This document shows positions 49,345 to 61,400 of a stretch of 64,000 nt of DNA, piece by piece. A program made the position numbers and the translations under genes. The number at the start of each line of letters is the position of its first letter. Positions within the stretch are counted from its first letter, which is position 1. Below the pieces are notes generated by a model. That model worked only from the letters and a program-made list of their open reading frames with translations. It was not told the origin of the DNA and searched no databases. The stretch comes from Selaginella moellendorffii. Its lineage: Eukaryota > Plantae > Lycopodiophyta. The stretch covers positions 506,731-570,730 of the forward strand of contig NW_003314358.1 of the NCBI RefSeq assembly GCF_000143415.4, written 5' to 3'.

Positions 49345-52300
49345 CCTCTATCTTGGGAGGATGCAGAGTCTGCTTCACACAGGTAAGGAATCAGATGATC
49401 TTGTAAACACAGATCATACCTTCTCAAGAAATGAAGCTACGTTTTCAACGGAAAGGAGCTTGATCTTCAAACAGAGTTCCACCAGCGGAACGCGAAGCAT
49501 CTCCGGTAGCTGCATAATGTCGCGTGAATTTTGACAAGATATAACTCATCTTTGCCAATTACCTGAAATGGACGCATAAGTTTGCTGAAGCAATGTTCAG
49601 TGTAGAGGCAAAAGCAGTTGCCAGGTTTCACTCGTCCAGCTCGTCCTCTCCGCTGCTGAGCATTCGCTTGCGATATCCATGCCTCAGCCATGCGGGACAT
49701 TCTCTGTACAACCATGTCAGTTGCCTGCTGAAGCTAATGGAAGTAAAAACATTACCCGTCGAGGATCAAAACGATTCTCTTTGTGTTTTCCACAATCGAT
49801 GACGTGAACGACATCCTCAATCGTCACACTTGTTTCTGCAATGTTTGTAGCCAGTACTATCTGATGAAAATAAATTGAACTATCTATCAGAAAAGATTTT
49901 GAATTGAATCTACCTTACGAACGCCATTTGGAGGAACCTGGAAGACTTTTCGCTGGTCTGCAGGAGCAACAGAGGAATGCAAAGGGAGAATCCAGTCTGA
50001 TGCAGGACCACTGAAGTCTTTCAAAACAAGTAGGCGATCAAGCAGCTGAAGAATTTCAGGCATTCCCTGCAACAAGAAATGAATTTAGGAAAAACAAGCA
50101 ATGATAAGAAACGCTGTCACAGCTCACCGGAAGGAAGACTAAAAGAGCTACAGGTTCTGCGGTCCCATTGATATGCATGATAAGATCTTCGAGGAGCTCG
50201 TAATCAATCACATCTTCATTGACTTTAGCCTGCACCACAGATCAGAATGTGACTGAAACATTTGCTTGCGCCTTACCAAACTTTTCTGCGTACTTTCACT
50301 GTAATCATGATACAGAGACTGCTTGTACATGGGATTGACAACAGTTTCTTCAAGGATTTGTTCGTCACCCCATCCCTGAAAAGCGAGATTTTGTCGTCCT
50401 CTATTCTTATCAACTAGATGATGAGACTCTTTCTGCACACAAGAAGTTTCTTAACAAAAGCCGGTATAAAAAACATGGATCGATCCTTGCTCTTTGATGA
50501 ATAACTCTGTATAGGTGCTGTATTATCCGATGAAAGATGATATGCCAATTTCTCGTATATATCCTCCATGTAAAATGTTGTGACGGGAAACGTTTGGCCT
50601 TTAGCAACAACCACAGGACAACCTCCAAAATATTGCGAAAATCTTTCTGCATCTAGAGTTGCAGACCTGAAAACAAAATACATAAAACAGCAGTGAACAT
50701 AGTACAATCTACTCATATGAGAATCACTTTCAGCGGGCTACAATCGTCCTGATTTCTTCTCACAAGGAGATCTCATAGAAGGCTTATCAGAAAATCACCC
50801 TGAGTAGAAAAGTTGAGATCAACTACAAACATTATGCACTTTGGCATTGTAGTTTGACTTTTGGTTCATCCCGCATTGCCAATTCTGCTTTCTTGCACTG
50901 AGCCTCTTGTGTAGCTTTTGTTTATTTGAGCTTGTATTGGCCTTGGACATTTTGGAGATTGATAGTGGTGTGCTAGTTTCTTGTGATGTCAATCCAGTAG
51001 ATGTTTGTCCATCATAGTGATTATGTTTCCGATTTGGTGGTAATCCTCATGACTTTGCTAGTGTGCGTTGTGAGGACAGTGCAGGTGAAAAAGCACCATT
51101 ACTTTCACTACCATCACGTCGTGAGGACATTGGAAATGTACTGTTGGATGGGGATGAACTTAGTATAACTAGATTTAGACTAACAGACTTAGACTAATAA
51201 AGCTCTATTTCGTTAAAGTGGGATTTATTCAGTAAAATGGGACTAGGTACAAATTTTCAAGTATTTGAAAATGACGTGAAATTATATGTTTTTTGTCCAG
51301 GGGCTAGACATATCTGGGGCATGGTGACTAGCGCGGTAACCTTATGTCCAGACTGAGTCCATCTAGTTGTATAATAAATCTCATTGTCAAGGTGAACAAG
51401 CCGAATCTGAAGCTAAAGAAGAGCGATGGCATGCGCGCACACACTATTTGTTTGTTCATTGAGCGTGTGGTGAGCTTTCCAAGATGAACATCATTCCTAT
51501 TAGCCAGACATATAACTTAATGGTGAGAACATTTAGATATTATTCAATGTTATCTTTTTCTAACGAATCTAATTGTGAAGGTGTAGCAAGAGGCATTGCT
51601 AGTTTGGAGAAGTCATTTAACTCATTTGACCCTTAGTGTATTTTCATGAAACTAAATAACATTCATATTATTAAGGAATTTCTCTAGTACCTTTTTTTTA
51701 CGACATAGAGGCTTGCATTTCTTTCAAAGGTGATTTAGTAAAAGGCCTGAGGGCACATGCCATTCTATTTCTCAGACCGGTATTAAGATATACTAGTGCA
51801 AAGGGAAAAAGGTATTTGGTGATCAAGTAAATGGCATGAGGGCACACGCCATTATAAGCCTAAGCGCTAGTGGACACCTCCTTTTTGGTACTCTCAGCGG
51901 TACTATCATCCTTCTCTGGGTCAGTTGTTTTGCTTTGGATTGTTGTCTCTGACGTTACTGGGGCGTTCTCGATAGTTGTTAATGTTGCCGTTTGTTCAGA
52001 AAAATGATCACCTGGAGTATAGTACGGGGAGTTTGGAAGACTTATATATTCTACATCTTCACCTATCTCCTTCTCCGTCTCCTTTTCTGCCTCACTTACA
52101 GATTTTGTGCTTGCCATGAGAACGCTCTTCACCCTAAAATATGGAGTTCGTTGTGTTATAAAAGGAAACCAACACACACGCTGCAAGGGAATGATGGTAC
52201 ATAAAGCACGTAAGCCCACAATATGGGTTTATGTGCCATTAATATGGGCCACACGCCATATTATTAGATTTATGCACGTGTGATTGGTAAATGCATATGT

Positions 52301-52405
52301 CACATCATCTTTGTTTTACCTCACACACTATATCAAGCCTCCTCTGATTCAGATTCGGATTGTTCACCTTGAAATAAAATACATTAGAAACTTTGTAAAG
52401 GAATA

Positions 52406-55400
52406 TTAATGAATCTCACCTTGAACCCGAGTTATGAATGCTCTTGCTGCATCTCTTGCATGGTCTGGCAAGGTGATGGTGGCACTCTGCTTCCGCATCC
52501 AACCATGCACAACATTATCCACCGATATGCTCATGCTGGGATCCCTTGGATTCAGCACCCATCTCTTTTCTAGGCAATCCTTCGTATATCCGGAACTTGG
52601 CTTGAACCACTCCACAGTTACATTGAAGGAGTTAGTTTCCGCGTCCTCCTCTGCATCAGTGATGCAGCGCCCCACCCATATCATTTGTTTTTTATTACTG
52701 GGTCTGACAAGCACGACCATTCCTTTGCAGACCTGTACTGGATTGAATGCTGAATCCGGCTTCTTGTTCCTCGGCCCACAATAGTGATCCTCAACATCGT
52801 TATCTGTCACTGCATTTCCAGAGGACATTGTTCCGCTACTATCTGGTGCTCTGGGTTCTGGCCAAAAGGACTCTTCCAATTCTTCATATACAACCGGCCC
52901 ATTTTGGATAGCAGATATAATCTTCTCCCAGTATTCGAGCAAAGGCTTGCACCTCTGAAAATAGGATTCTCCACCAAACACCAACCCCCTCTTCCAGAAG
53001 GCAATATGCTGTCTAATCCCGGCCACTATACTTTCCTGGTCTTTGAGTCCATCCGGGTGCATCGGCCGTGGGGAACCCTGAGGAATCATAGGTTCCTCAG
53101 TTATGGGATCTCTCTTGAAGAGTTCAATGCCGTCCACTGGCAGCCACACTGTGTCCCATTCTCTCATCTTGTACCTCATCACTGGAGCACCGTCACACAT
53201 GCTGAAATGAAACTGAAGAGGCTTGGAGTGGCCAATCAGCGTTTCGGATCCATCCCTGATGTAGCCTCTTACAAACCCCTTAAAGTCTGGAACCTCTGTT
53301 AGAAGTGCAGCTTCAACAGTGCCTTTGATGCAATTTTGGAATTCATCGTAGAGTTGTGGGAGGGTGAGGACATTGGATCGCCGGAGGGACTCTGCCAGGT
53401 GACTGAACATGGCATCGACGTCTTCATGAGTGTGCCCAACCATGAGAAAGCCAAGTGTAACCGTTTCAAATATGCCTTTGGCAACAAGCATCGCCAAGTA
53501 CGCGAAGACGTACATGTTTTTGTTCTCACTGCCAGCATTGTCTGTTTGGAGCAGAAGATGGGGTGGAAGGCCACATCGGCCGCAAGAACTTCCTTGAGAT
53601 TCTGCTTCGTTTGGATGAGGCTGTGCATTCACCGGGCGACCAGCCTCGTCGGAATGGCATGAGGCCTCACGTGATAACCCTACAATCTGACGGCCAACAT
53701 ATTCACTGGGATGGCATGGGGCCCCACGCGATACTGCAAGCCTTTCCTCCTCCAGCTGAACCCTGTATGGGGTTCGATCGACAAGGGCCTTATGCAAGGG
53801 TTGGCCGTTCAGCTCAGTCTGCGCACTTTGCAGAGACCTTAAGTGTTTTGCTAGGGACGCAATCATCATGTTTGCACCCCCGCCACCCCATAGAGGTACA
53901 AAGAAGTTCCCATAGTTCTGGGCACCATGCCCATGAGCGATTATGCCAAACAGAGACACAGGCAGCTGCATGGATGAAGAGATTGCCTTGGGGGCAGGAT
54001 TGAGTCGAGGTAAGCACGTCTTTTTCTGGTCCATTTTGTCGTGGATGATGCAGAGGTAAGAGTCAGGTCTCTCCATGGAGAGAATCCTGTTATGATAATA
54101 TGCAGTCCTGCAGCTTCTCTGCTCGATGTTGTGGTCGAGCCGCCTTCTAACCAACGTCTCTCGCTCTTGAGCGCTGCAAGAATTCTTCGACAAAGCCATT
54201 TTGATAGCAGTGCACTCGTCACACTTTGAAAAGCTGGAGTACTTTCCTATACTCACATCCCTGAACCTGTTGCTCCACAATCTACTAAATCTAGATTGGC
54301 TCAGCTTCCTGTAGCCATTACTCTGGAGTTCCCGATTCACATCTTCCAATATGGCCCCCTTGGTATACATGGAAGGGAGAACTCGTTGGGTGTCTCGTGT
54401 TCCATCTTCCAAGAGGCGGGTTTTATGTGGTTGCTGCTCGCTACATGTCTCGACAAACCTCTTGAAGATTGCCTCTCCATATACAACATGACCCCTGGTT
54501 TTGTGCGTACCGTCGTTCCCATGGACTGCCTGTTGAACCCTTTGTTCCTCGAACTCAGTTTTGATTCTGTAGAATGTGCTTCGAGGGACTCCATAAATGA
54601 TTCTCCATGCCTTCATGCAGACCAAACCCCTCTGGAAGACCATGCCCCCCACCTGATGTTCTGAAGCATCAACAGATGACCGTAATGCCTCATACACAAA
54701 ATTGCGAGCTGCCTTCCAGGACAATGTCTTGTATCTTGCTCTCTCCTCTTCAATAGCATCCCAATCAGCATGTTGACAGCACCTCCTCTTGCAACAAGCA
54801 ACTGTCGAGACCATTCGAACCTCCATCGCCATTTTCTGCCTTTTCGGTTCGTTGCTCAGATCCCTTTGGCTGCGCTTTAGGAAGGTGTACTTTCTTTTCC
54901 CATGAAGAGATGTTCTGTCATCAGTTGTAGTGGTGTTTGATTGTGAATCCTTCACATTCTCAAACACTAAGTGCCTCAATTTCCACCGCACAATGCTTCC
55001 AATAGTCAGACTGTTTTCTTCTGTGTCAACAACCTCTAAAATCGCAACTCCAATATCATCCCAGCCCAATTCTTGATTAGCAACCGCATCTCTTGGATCG
55101 ACAACTGTGGCTAAGCCCTCAGCTACCACCTCCCCCTCGGGGTTGTTTAGAAACACTTTTGCCTGAATCCATGTAGCACGGTTCTTAAGATCCACGGAGG
55201 GAACATGCGTCGCACTTGCGCTGTCCCCAACATCTGCTTTCTTCTGAAGATTTTTCAAGGCAACAACAACATTTACCCCGACGACCATCTCTCCTCGTTC
55301 AATAGCGACCACATTCCCATCGAAGACAGTCTCTACTGATACAGCAGCATTGCCTTCCCCAAGCCTTTCACAGTGTATAACAAAGTTCCGATCCATAGAC

Positions 55401-55471
55401 ACAAGGGTCCCTTTTGCAACTCTCTTCCCACCATTCAAAATGTAAACCTTTTCCCCAACCCTGAAGGCCAT
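52406..55471 (-). CDS. Sola1-like DDD transposase, 1,021 aa, with N-terminal tandem Tnp1/En-Spm-like domains and a C-terminal BAH/Tudor-like segment
   Basis: Intact ORF. Motifs FSKCDEC, CIIHDKMDQ (D1), LQTDNAGSENKN (D2), FLMVGHTHEDVD (D3). Superfamily assigned from recalled motif patterns, not from a search. Confidence 0.7.
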   Translation of the reverse strand: MAFRVGEKVYILNGGKRVAKGTLVSMDRNFVIHCERLGEGNAAVSVETVFDGNVVAIERGEMVVGVNVVVALKNLQKKADVGDSASATHVPSVDLKNRATWIQAKVFLNNPEGEVVAEGLATVVDPRDAVANQELGWDDIGVAILEVVDTEENSLTIGSIVRWKLRHLVFENVKDSQSNTTTTDDRTSLHGKRKYTFLKRSQRDLSNEPKRQKMAMEVRMVSTVACCKRRCCQHADWDAIEEERARYKTLSWKAARNFVYEALRSSVDASEHQVGGMVFQRGLVCMKAWRIIYGVPRSTFYRIKTEFEEQRVQQAVHGNDGTHKTRGHVVYGEAIFKRFVETCSEQQPHKTRLLEDGTRDTQRVLPSMYTKGAILEDVNRELQSNGYRKLSQSRFSRLWSNRFRDVSIGKYSSFSKCDECTAIKMALSKNSCSAQERETLVRRRLDHNIEQRSCRTAYYHNRILSMERPDSYLCIIHDKMDQKKTCLPRLNPAPKAISSSMQLPVSLFGIIAHGHGAQNYGNFFVPLWGGGGANMMIASLAKHLRSLQSAQTELNGQPLHKALVDRTPYRVQLEEERLAVSRGAPCHPSEYVGRQIVGLSREASCHSDEAGRPVNAQPHPNEAESQGSSCGRCGLPPHLLLQTDNAGSENKNMYVFAYLAMLVAKGIFETVTLGFLMVGHTHEDVDAMFSHLAESLRRSNVLTLPQLYDEFQNCIKGTVEAALLTEVPDFKGFVRGYIRDGSETLIGHSKPLQFHFSMCDGAPVMRYKMREWDTVWLPVDGIELFKRDPITEEPMIPQGSPRPMHPDGLKDQESIVAGIRQHIAFWKRGLVFGGESYFQRCKPLLEYWEKIISAIQNGPVVYEELEESFWPEPRAPDSSGTMSSGNAVTDNDVEDHYCGPRNKKPDSAFNPVQVCKGMVVLVRPSNKKQMIWVGRCITDAEEDAETNSFNVTVEWFKPSSGYTKDCLEKRWVLNPRDPSMSISVDNVVHGWMRKQSATITLPDHARDAARAFITRVQGEIH

Positions 55472-56379
55472 TCTGAAAGTGCAGAAAAGAAGTTAAGACC
55501 ATACAAAAAATGATTGGAGAATGGCCTAAATCATAACATACCAAACAACCTCAATAGCATGAGGCCACATGCCATTATTCAAACATGCTATTGACACCCA
55601 CGTGAAATTTCGCATTCACAAAATTGGCATGAGCCCTCATGCCATCTTGATATACACACAGCTGCAGGCAAGTAAAAACATACATGACAATACGCTAGCC
55701 ATGAAATTGCAAGGGCCCAAGATGGCATGTGGCCTCATGCCATTTCTAAATGTGGTCCTAAGCCATTCCATGGTGAACATACCAGGAAGCACAAGTGCCG
55801 AATATCAAGAGGAAGCGGTAGCCACACCAAAGACAGTGCCGCTCGCAACACCGCAACTACTCGTAGCGCCGCTCGCAACACCGCAACTGCTCGTAGTGCC
55901 GCTCGCACAAACTGCCACTCGCATAAACTGCCGCTCGCAATGGCGCTCGCAATGCCGCAACCGCTCGTAGACGCATAAACCACAGCCCACAACGCCGCTT
56001 ACACAAGCAGCGCTCACTGCGCTCAGCGGAACCAAGAACACGGCGCACAAAAATGATAGACCTAGGAATGAGTTCGAGAATTCAAAAATAACACACGCTT
56101 GAACGTCACATCAAATCCTCTGACAAACCAGATCTTATGATTCCTCTGACAAATTTCAAACTGAGTAGCTTCTAGACTTTGCTGTCGGAGGTTGAACTTT
56201 GTCACATCATGTCCTTGCCTCGATCCAGCTGTGCCATGTCAGTGATTCGAACTTTGCCATGCCATGTCAGCGATCCGCGCCAAGATTATTCGCCGTGTAA
56301 AGGAATAATTACGCTGTGTGTATACGTCCATTTATGGCAATATAAGGCCACACGACATTCAAAGAATAATGCTCGACAT

Positions 56380-57730
56380 AAGGCCACACGCCATTCAAAG
56401 AATAATGCTAGTCGAGCATTTTTTGGTGCATTTTTGGGTTCAAAATTGCATGAGCCCACACGCTATAAAGTTTACCTGTACCAAAAATAGAAACAGCTTT
56501 ATTTACTTGGGAATTTAAGTGGTTGAGGCATTTTTAAACTTACAAACACATGCCCTACTTACATTCCTTTGGTTGCCTAAAATTCAAAAATATTATAAAC
56601 CTTTCTTTTTGCATTTTCAATGTTTTCAATTATGGTTTTTGATTTTCGTAGGACCAGCCTAGTAATCTATTTGCATCCCGTCATGTTTATAGCTAGCTTT
56701 CGTTCATCCCCTTCGCTAGCCTGAGATACATCTGCTCGGCATCTGCCTCTTACAGCATTTGCCCAGAAAGGGCATCTTTCTTCACGCAGCATTTGCCACA
56801 TGTTTAGGGTTTAGGGTTTAGGGTTTAGGGTTTAGCAATTCAGTAGCTTGATAAACATGCAAATACAGAACTTGATGCAAAATCCTTTGATATGTCACAA
56901 TGCCCCTAGGACCATAAACACATTTCAATAGAGAGGGTCCTTTCATTTCATAACTCCTTACGTAGATCTTGGTGAAACCAGAGTTAGTGAAGTTAGTTTC
57001 TTGTGATCCCGCATCTGATTGTGATGTCCCTTTGCAGTTTCGATGGAAAGGTCAATGCACACCAAACTGTGAAATCTTGGAGCAAAATAACGGTCGGATC
57101 TATGGCAAATGCCCCTGAAACATTGTAAGGCTCGTGTGGTCTCATGTGGTGTCCGATTGAGATGCTTCTTTGCAGGGTCATCAAGAAAGACATTGTATAC
57201 CATTCTGTAAAATCTAGTTGCGATCTAACGGTTGGATCTCCAGAAAACTCAAAAAAATCTCGCGCGTGTCAGAATATCCTAGGAATATACTCCTATGTGC
57301 CCCTGAAAATGGCATGCGGCCCCACGCCATTCAAGAGATAATGCCAGATGACGCCGAGAATTTTTTGGTGCATTTTTTGGGTTCAAAATTGCATGAGCCC
57401 ACACGCTATAAAGTTTATCTTTGCCAAATAGAGAAAAGTTTATCTGTGTCATATGAGGTAGTTACAGTCCTTTGTGCTCGGCATCTGCCTCTTGCAGCAT
57501 TTGCACTGAAAGGGAATTTTTCTCCATTCAGCATTTGGCCCTGAAAATGGCATGCGCCCACACGCCATTCAAGGAATAACGCCACAGGACGCCTGGATTT
57601 TTGGGTTTAAAATGTTTAGGGTTTTTTGGGTTTTTTCAAAATATTTTGGGTCCAACGTTTTTTGGGTTTCTTTGGTTCAAAATTGCATGAGCCCACACGC
57701 TATAATATTGATTTGAGAGAAAAATAGAAA
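56380..57730 (+). repeat. Three dispersed ~100-150-bp direct repeats, each with a pair of palindromes, in the divergent intergenic region
   Basis: CACGCCATTCAA...GGTTCAAAATTGCATGAGCCCACACGCTATAA at ~56,385-56,470, 57,322-57,412 and 57,560-57,705. Confidence 0.85.
56803..56835 (+). repeat. Interstitial plant telomeric repeat (TTTAGGG)4 TTTAG
   Basis: Directly visible. Confidence 0.95.
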
Positions 57731-58418
57731 CAGATAGAATTTCTTTATTTAGCTGAACATCTGCCATTTTTGGAAATACAAGATGCTTTGGAATATCCAA
57801 TCATGCATGGTATAAATATAGCGAGGGTATTAAATGATATCCCAATCATGATCTTTCTTTTGGATTTCGCGTGCATGCAGTCCGAGGAATGATGACGTTG
57901 CGGATTTCTTTTGGATTTTGCGTGCTTGCATGCGCGCGGCAATCCAGAAATTAATGGTGGCGCCCAAGTCCGAGGAATGATGACGTGGCGGGATTACCAA
58001 CCGTTGTGACATTTCGCGCGTGTGAGGTTAGGTTTTGCATTTTGCTTTGTACTCGCGCTCGCGCTCGCATCACACTCGTGCTCCCGCTCGCATCGCGCTC
58101 CCACTCGCGATCACGCTCACTTCTCTACAGGTTTCTCGTGTGCATCGGTGTCCACTCGCGCTTGCATCACACTCGCGCTCGCATCGCGCTCGTGTGCATC
58201 GGCGTCCACTTCAAGACACACCCAGTTTGTAACTTCGCCGCCAACTCCGCCGCCCACTCCACCACCCACACGCAGCCCACTTGGCGTCCCGGGAGATTTC
58301 AGCACCACTCTCCAACTGTAAGTGGCAGAGTAGCCTTGCTGCTACGATCCGCTGCACACACAGTGCACATTCGCCAGCGAGTCCGGCCTCGATTGTCACG
58401 GCCTCCATTCGGCTTCAA

Positions 58419-61400
58419 ATGGTAAGTCTTTTAGACGAAGTAGAAAATGGCATGAGGCCACATGCCATTCAGTAGCAACATTGGCATGCACCGATTGGGC
58501 TCTCGAGTGCAGTCCGGTTACAGATGGCGTGTAGCCTCACGCCATCTTAGGATGCAGCCTCAAGACATCTGATGCAGTGGTGAATGGCGTGTGGCCTCAC
58601 GTTATTTCCAGCTGTTAGCTTTTCATCTGTCAGCTCTAATTGTTGTGCATTTTTGAACAGGCGAGGAATTGCGTTCTTCTTCCAGCCACTGTCAATGTGG
58701 ATGCAGAGAAGGGGGAGGAGCTCACCAGTTGGACTTTCGGGATGGAAGGCGAGGATCTGATGCTGTACAACACAGATGGTGGGAGAAAAGAATGCATGGG
58801 GATCCTCATCCAAGTGACAGACACTCCATGCAGTTCCATGCAAGAATATGGACTGGCACTTGTGGTAGAGACAGCGTCCGCCTTCAAGATCCACCTTGCA
58901 CATCCTAGCGGCTTCCCGGAGGGGGGCAGCGGCTATGAGGAATTCCTAGAGGGAGCTAGGGAGAGGTTGTCCAGGAGGCCCACAATTTCAAAGACGCTGC
59001 GGGTCTATGAAGATCACATGGAATCCACGGACCTCACCTACGGCGATGTTCAAAAACTATATTCCAACATTGAGCCGTTGAGAGTGCCTCCAGTTTGCGA
59101 AGCGAAGGGGAAGGGGGTCGATCTGGAAACTACCCCGAAGCAGAAAAGGGTGGTCAAGCTCAAGCTGACGTCCAGCTCTCCTCCAAAAAAGAAGCTACTC
59201 GGTGATGCCATTGCCTCGGGTTCGAACACTACACCCACCAAAAAGAAGAGCCGCAAAGAGCAGAAAGAGCAAGAAGAGGCAGCAAAAATCGTCGCAGATA
59301 ATAGTACTTGTTACTATTCCAACAAAGTATATACAATCGACGTGAGCCGTATCGACATCCAAAGCAAATACAACCACAGGCTAGTATCTGATGAGTGGGT
59401 GGAGAAACTGAAGCAGAAGATGCTGGCAAGTCCAGTAACACCCGACATCGCAGACGTGATCCCCTACTACCGAACAATGAAGGGCGAGACGAGGTTTCCA
59501 GACTTGATCAATAGGAAGGTGTTGGACGATCAGAACATCCGGTTCTATGCCGTCTCCGGGCAGCATTCTAGCTTGGTGATGCAACAGATAGTTGTGGATA
59601 TTATGGTGGGCGAGGAGGTGAAGAAAGTCTTCAAGACAAGAGTTGTCCGCCTGATAAAAGGCAACTCGCCCCTCCGATCTATCATATACATCTCCCACGC
59701 GCAGAATGTCAAGCAAGAAACGTGCTACAAATCGGGTCTGCACGAGACATTGGCACGAACACGGAAGCTCTGGGTTCAACTGAAGAAGCCACAAAAACCA
59801 GGACAAGGACGTGCACTAGCAACTAGCGCCTGGCAGGTAAGCCTCGTTGCATGTGGCATAGCATGTGGCCTCACGCCATTTCCATTGCAGGAATTCTCGA
59901 GTCTTCTCTCGAAAACACTGGGGGTCAATGACACACTCAGCATCCATAACATTCTACTCGCGACAAAAGTTGTTTTTGACAAATGGGTAGATGTGCTAAG
60001 GAGGTACCATGACGGGGAGTTGCTAAACTCAATGGGTGTGGAGGACGGCCGGAAGCCCAATGATTTGAAGCTCAACGCCTTGCGTTTCTCGCGGTCTCTA
60101 GACGACGACGACCTTCTGACAGTGGCTAATGCTCTTCTACTTGGTGAGGTAGTCTTCAACAAGACCAAAATGACTCCCGGCCATATTGTGACATACGAGG
60201 ACTTGTGCACGACTCTAAGAGCTCGTGCGCTATTGAAGGATTGGATCTTCGAGCAAGTGGCCGTGGCGAGGGTGAGCATCGACACCACGCAAGAGATGAT
60301 GGAAGAGCTAGACTTGTCAAATGAAGACATCGACGAGTACGTGAAGGGGGCCCCCAAGTTCATCGATCTGCTGCGGGATGCCACGAAAAGTAAAGCTGAG
60401 AAGTTGGATCAGTATCCAAATTTCATTAAGAGGGATGTCGACCGCCGGCTTCAGAAACAGCTCGACCCCGCAGCAGAGGCCTATCGAGAACCTTACCGGG
60501 TATACGTGAATTCGGATGAGGATCAAAGGTGGAGGAGCATCGTTTCCCGCGGAGATGAGCAGGTCAAGAACATCTTTTGTGTGATGGACTTCACAAACGA
60601 GGAGATCACTCATGCAGACGAAGTTAGCTCCATCATTGACTTAATGGTGGGACTTGCGGAGGTGGAATCTTCAGTCCACTATATGATCTACGACTCCGAA
60701 TCCTATCACAAGTTCTGGAAGGCCTTGAACGAGGTGAAGGCTCGGTTGAAAGGCAAGGAGATGCGGGAGATCCATGGGATAATGGCTAAGAAGAAGATAC
60801 CGACGAATGTCCGCATCTTCACAGTCGCCCTTGTTATTGGTCCTGCAGCAGAGTGGGACTGGAGTGACTTCCCAGCTTCGTTCAACAAAGCCGATCGAAT
60901 TGATCTGAGGGAGGTCAATTTACCCGTGCCTGAGGAGCTGAAGACGGCTATGGAGCTTTCGAATCCAAAGAAAGCTCCAGGTGCAGCATGGGAAATGCTC
61001 AGCTGGGTCTTCAACGCAATAGCGGGTGACTCCAAGGGCAAATGCGTTGTCGAGTACAACTGCGGCGGACTATTCTTTCGAGCCGCACTACTCAAGGGTG
61101 TCCCGTGTGTTGCGGTGACAAACTCCATTGAAGAGGTGACTTCAATGGAGCATATAATTACAGTTGCCAAAGAAAAACAGTATCTTCTCTACGAACCTGG
61201 TGAGTACGCACTTTAAGTTTAAATGTTATCTCACAAGCTCTGTATGCAGTAGCGTGGCCACCCCCAGATGCTGAAACGGCGTTAACAGCTACTGATGTTA
61301 GGCCGAGGTCACAACCTGCACAAGGTAAGGTCACGTGAGGCCTCACGCCATTTTGATTATAGATCGTTGTGAATATTCAGACACGAGGACTGAAAAGCGC

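Larger units (their letters stand above)
42830..50801 (-). pseudogene. DEAH/RHA-family RNA helicase (DHX29/DHX57-like, plant DExH type), disrupted
   Basis: Exonic motifs: MSAT (III), [21 protein letters not shown] (V), [12 protein letters not shown] (VI), HA2 TPLGYHLAAVPVD, OB-fold FIHPSSIN. ~50-nt GT-AG introns. In-frame stop at ~50,775, copia insertion and 100-bp duplication. Motifs I/II not found in the window. Confidence 0.85.

Noticed and set aside
51200-51370. Left terminal inverted repeat of the DNA transposon
   Set aside because: Cannot be verified without the right end, so no terminus is claimed.
51860-52219. 119-aa ORF downstream of the transposase
   Set aside because: Low-complexity S/T/E-rich sequence with no motif. 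It could be a further exon or small accessory gene, but this is unsupported.
60480-61190. Active DNA 6mA/4mC methyltransferase
   Set aside because: The catalytic (D/S/N)PP(Y/F) and FxGxG motifs are not intact, so only a degenerate fold is proposed.
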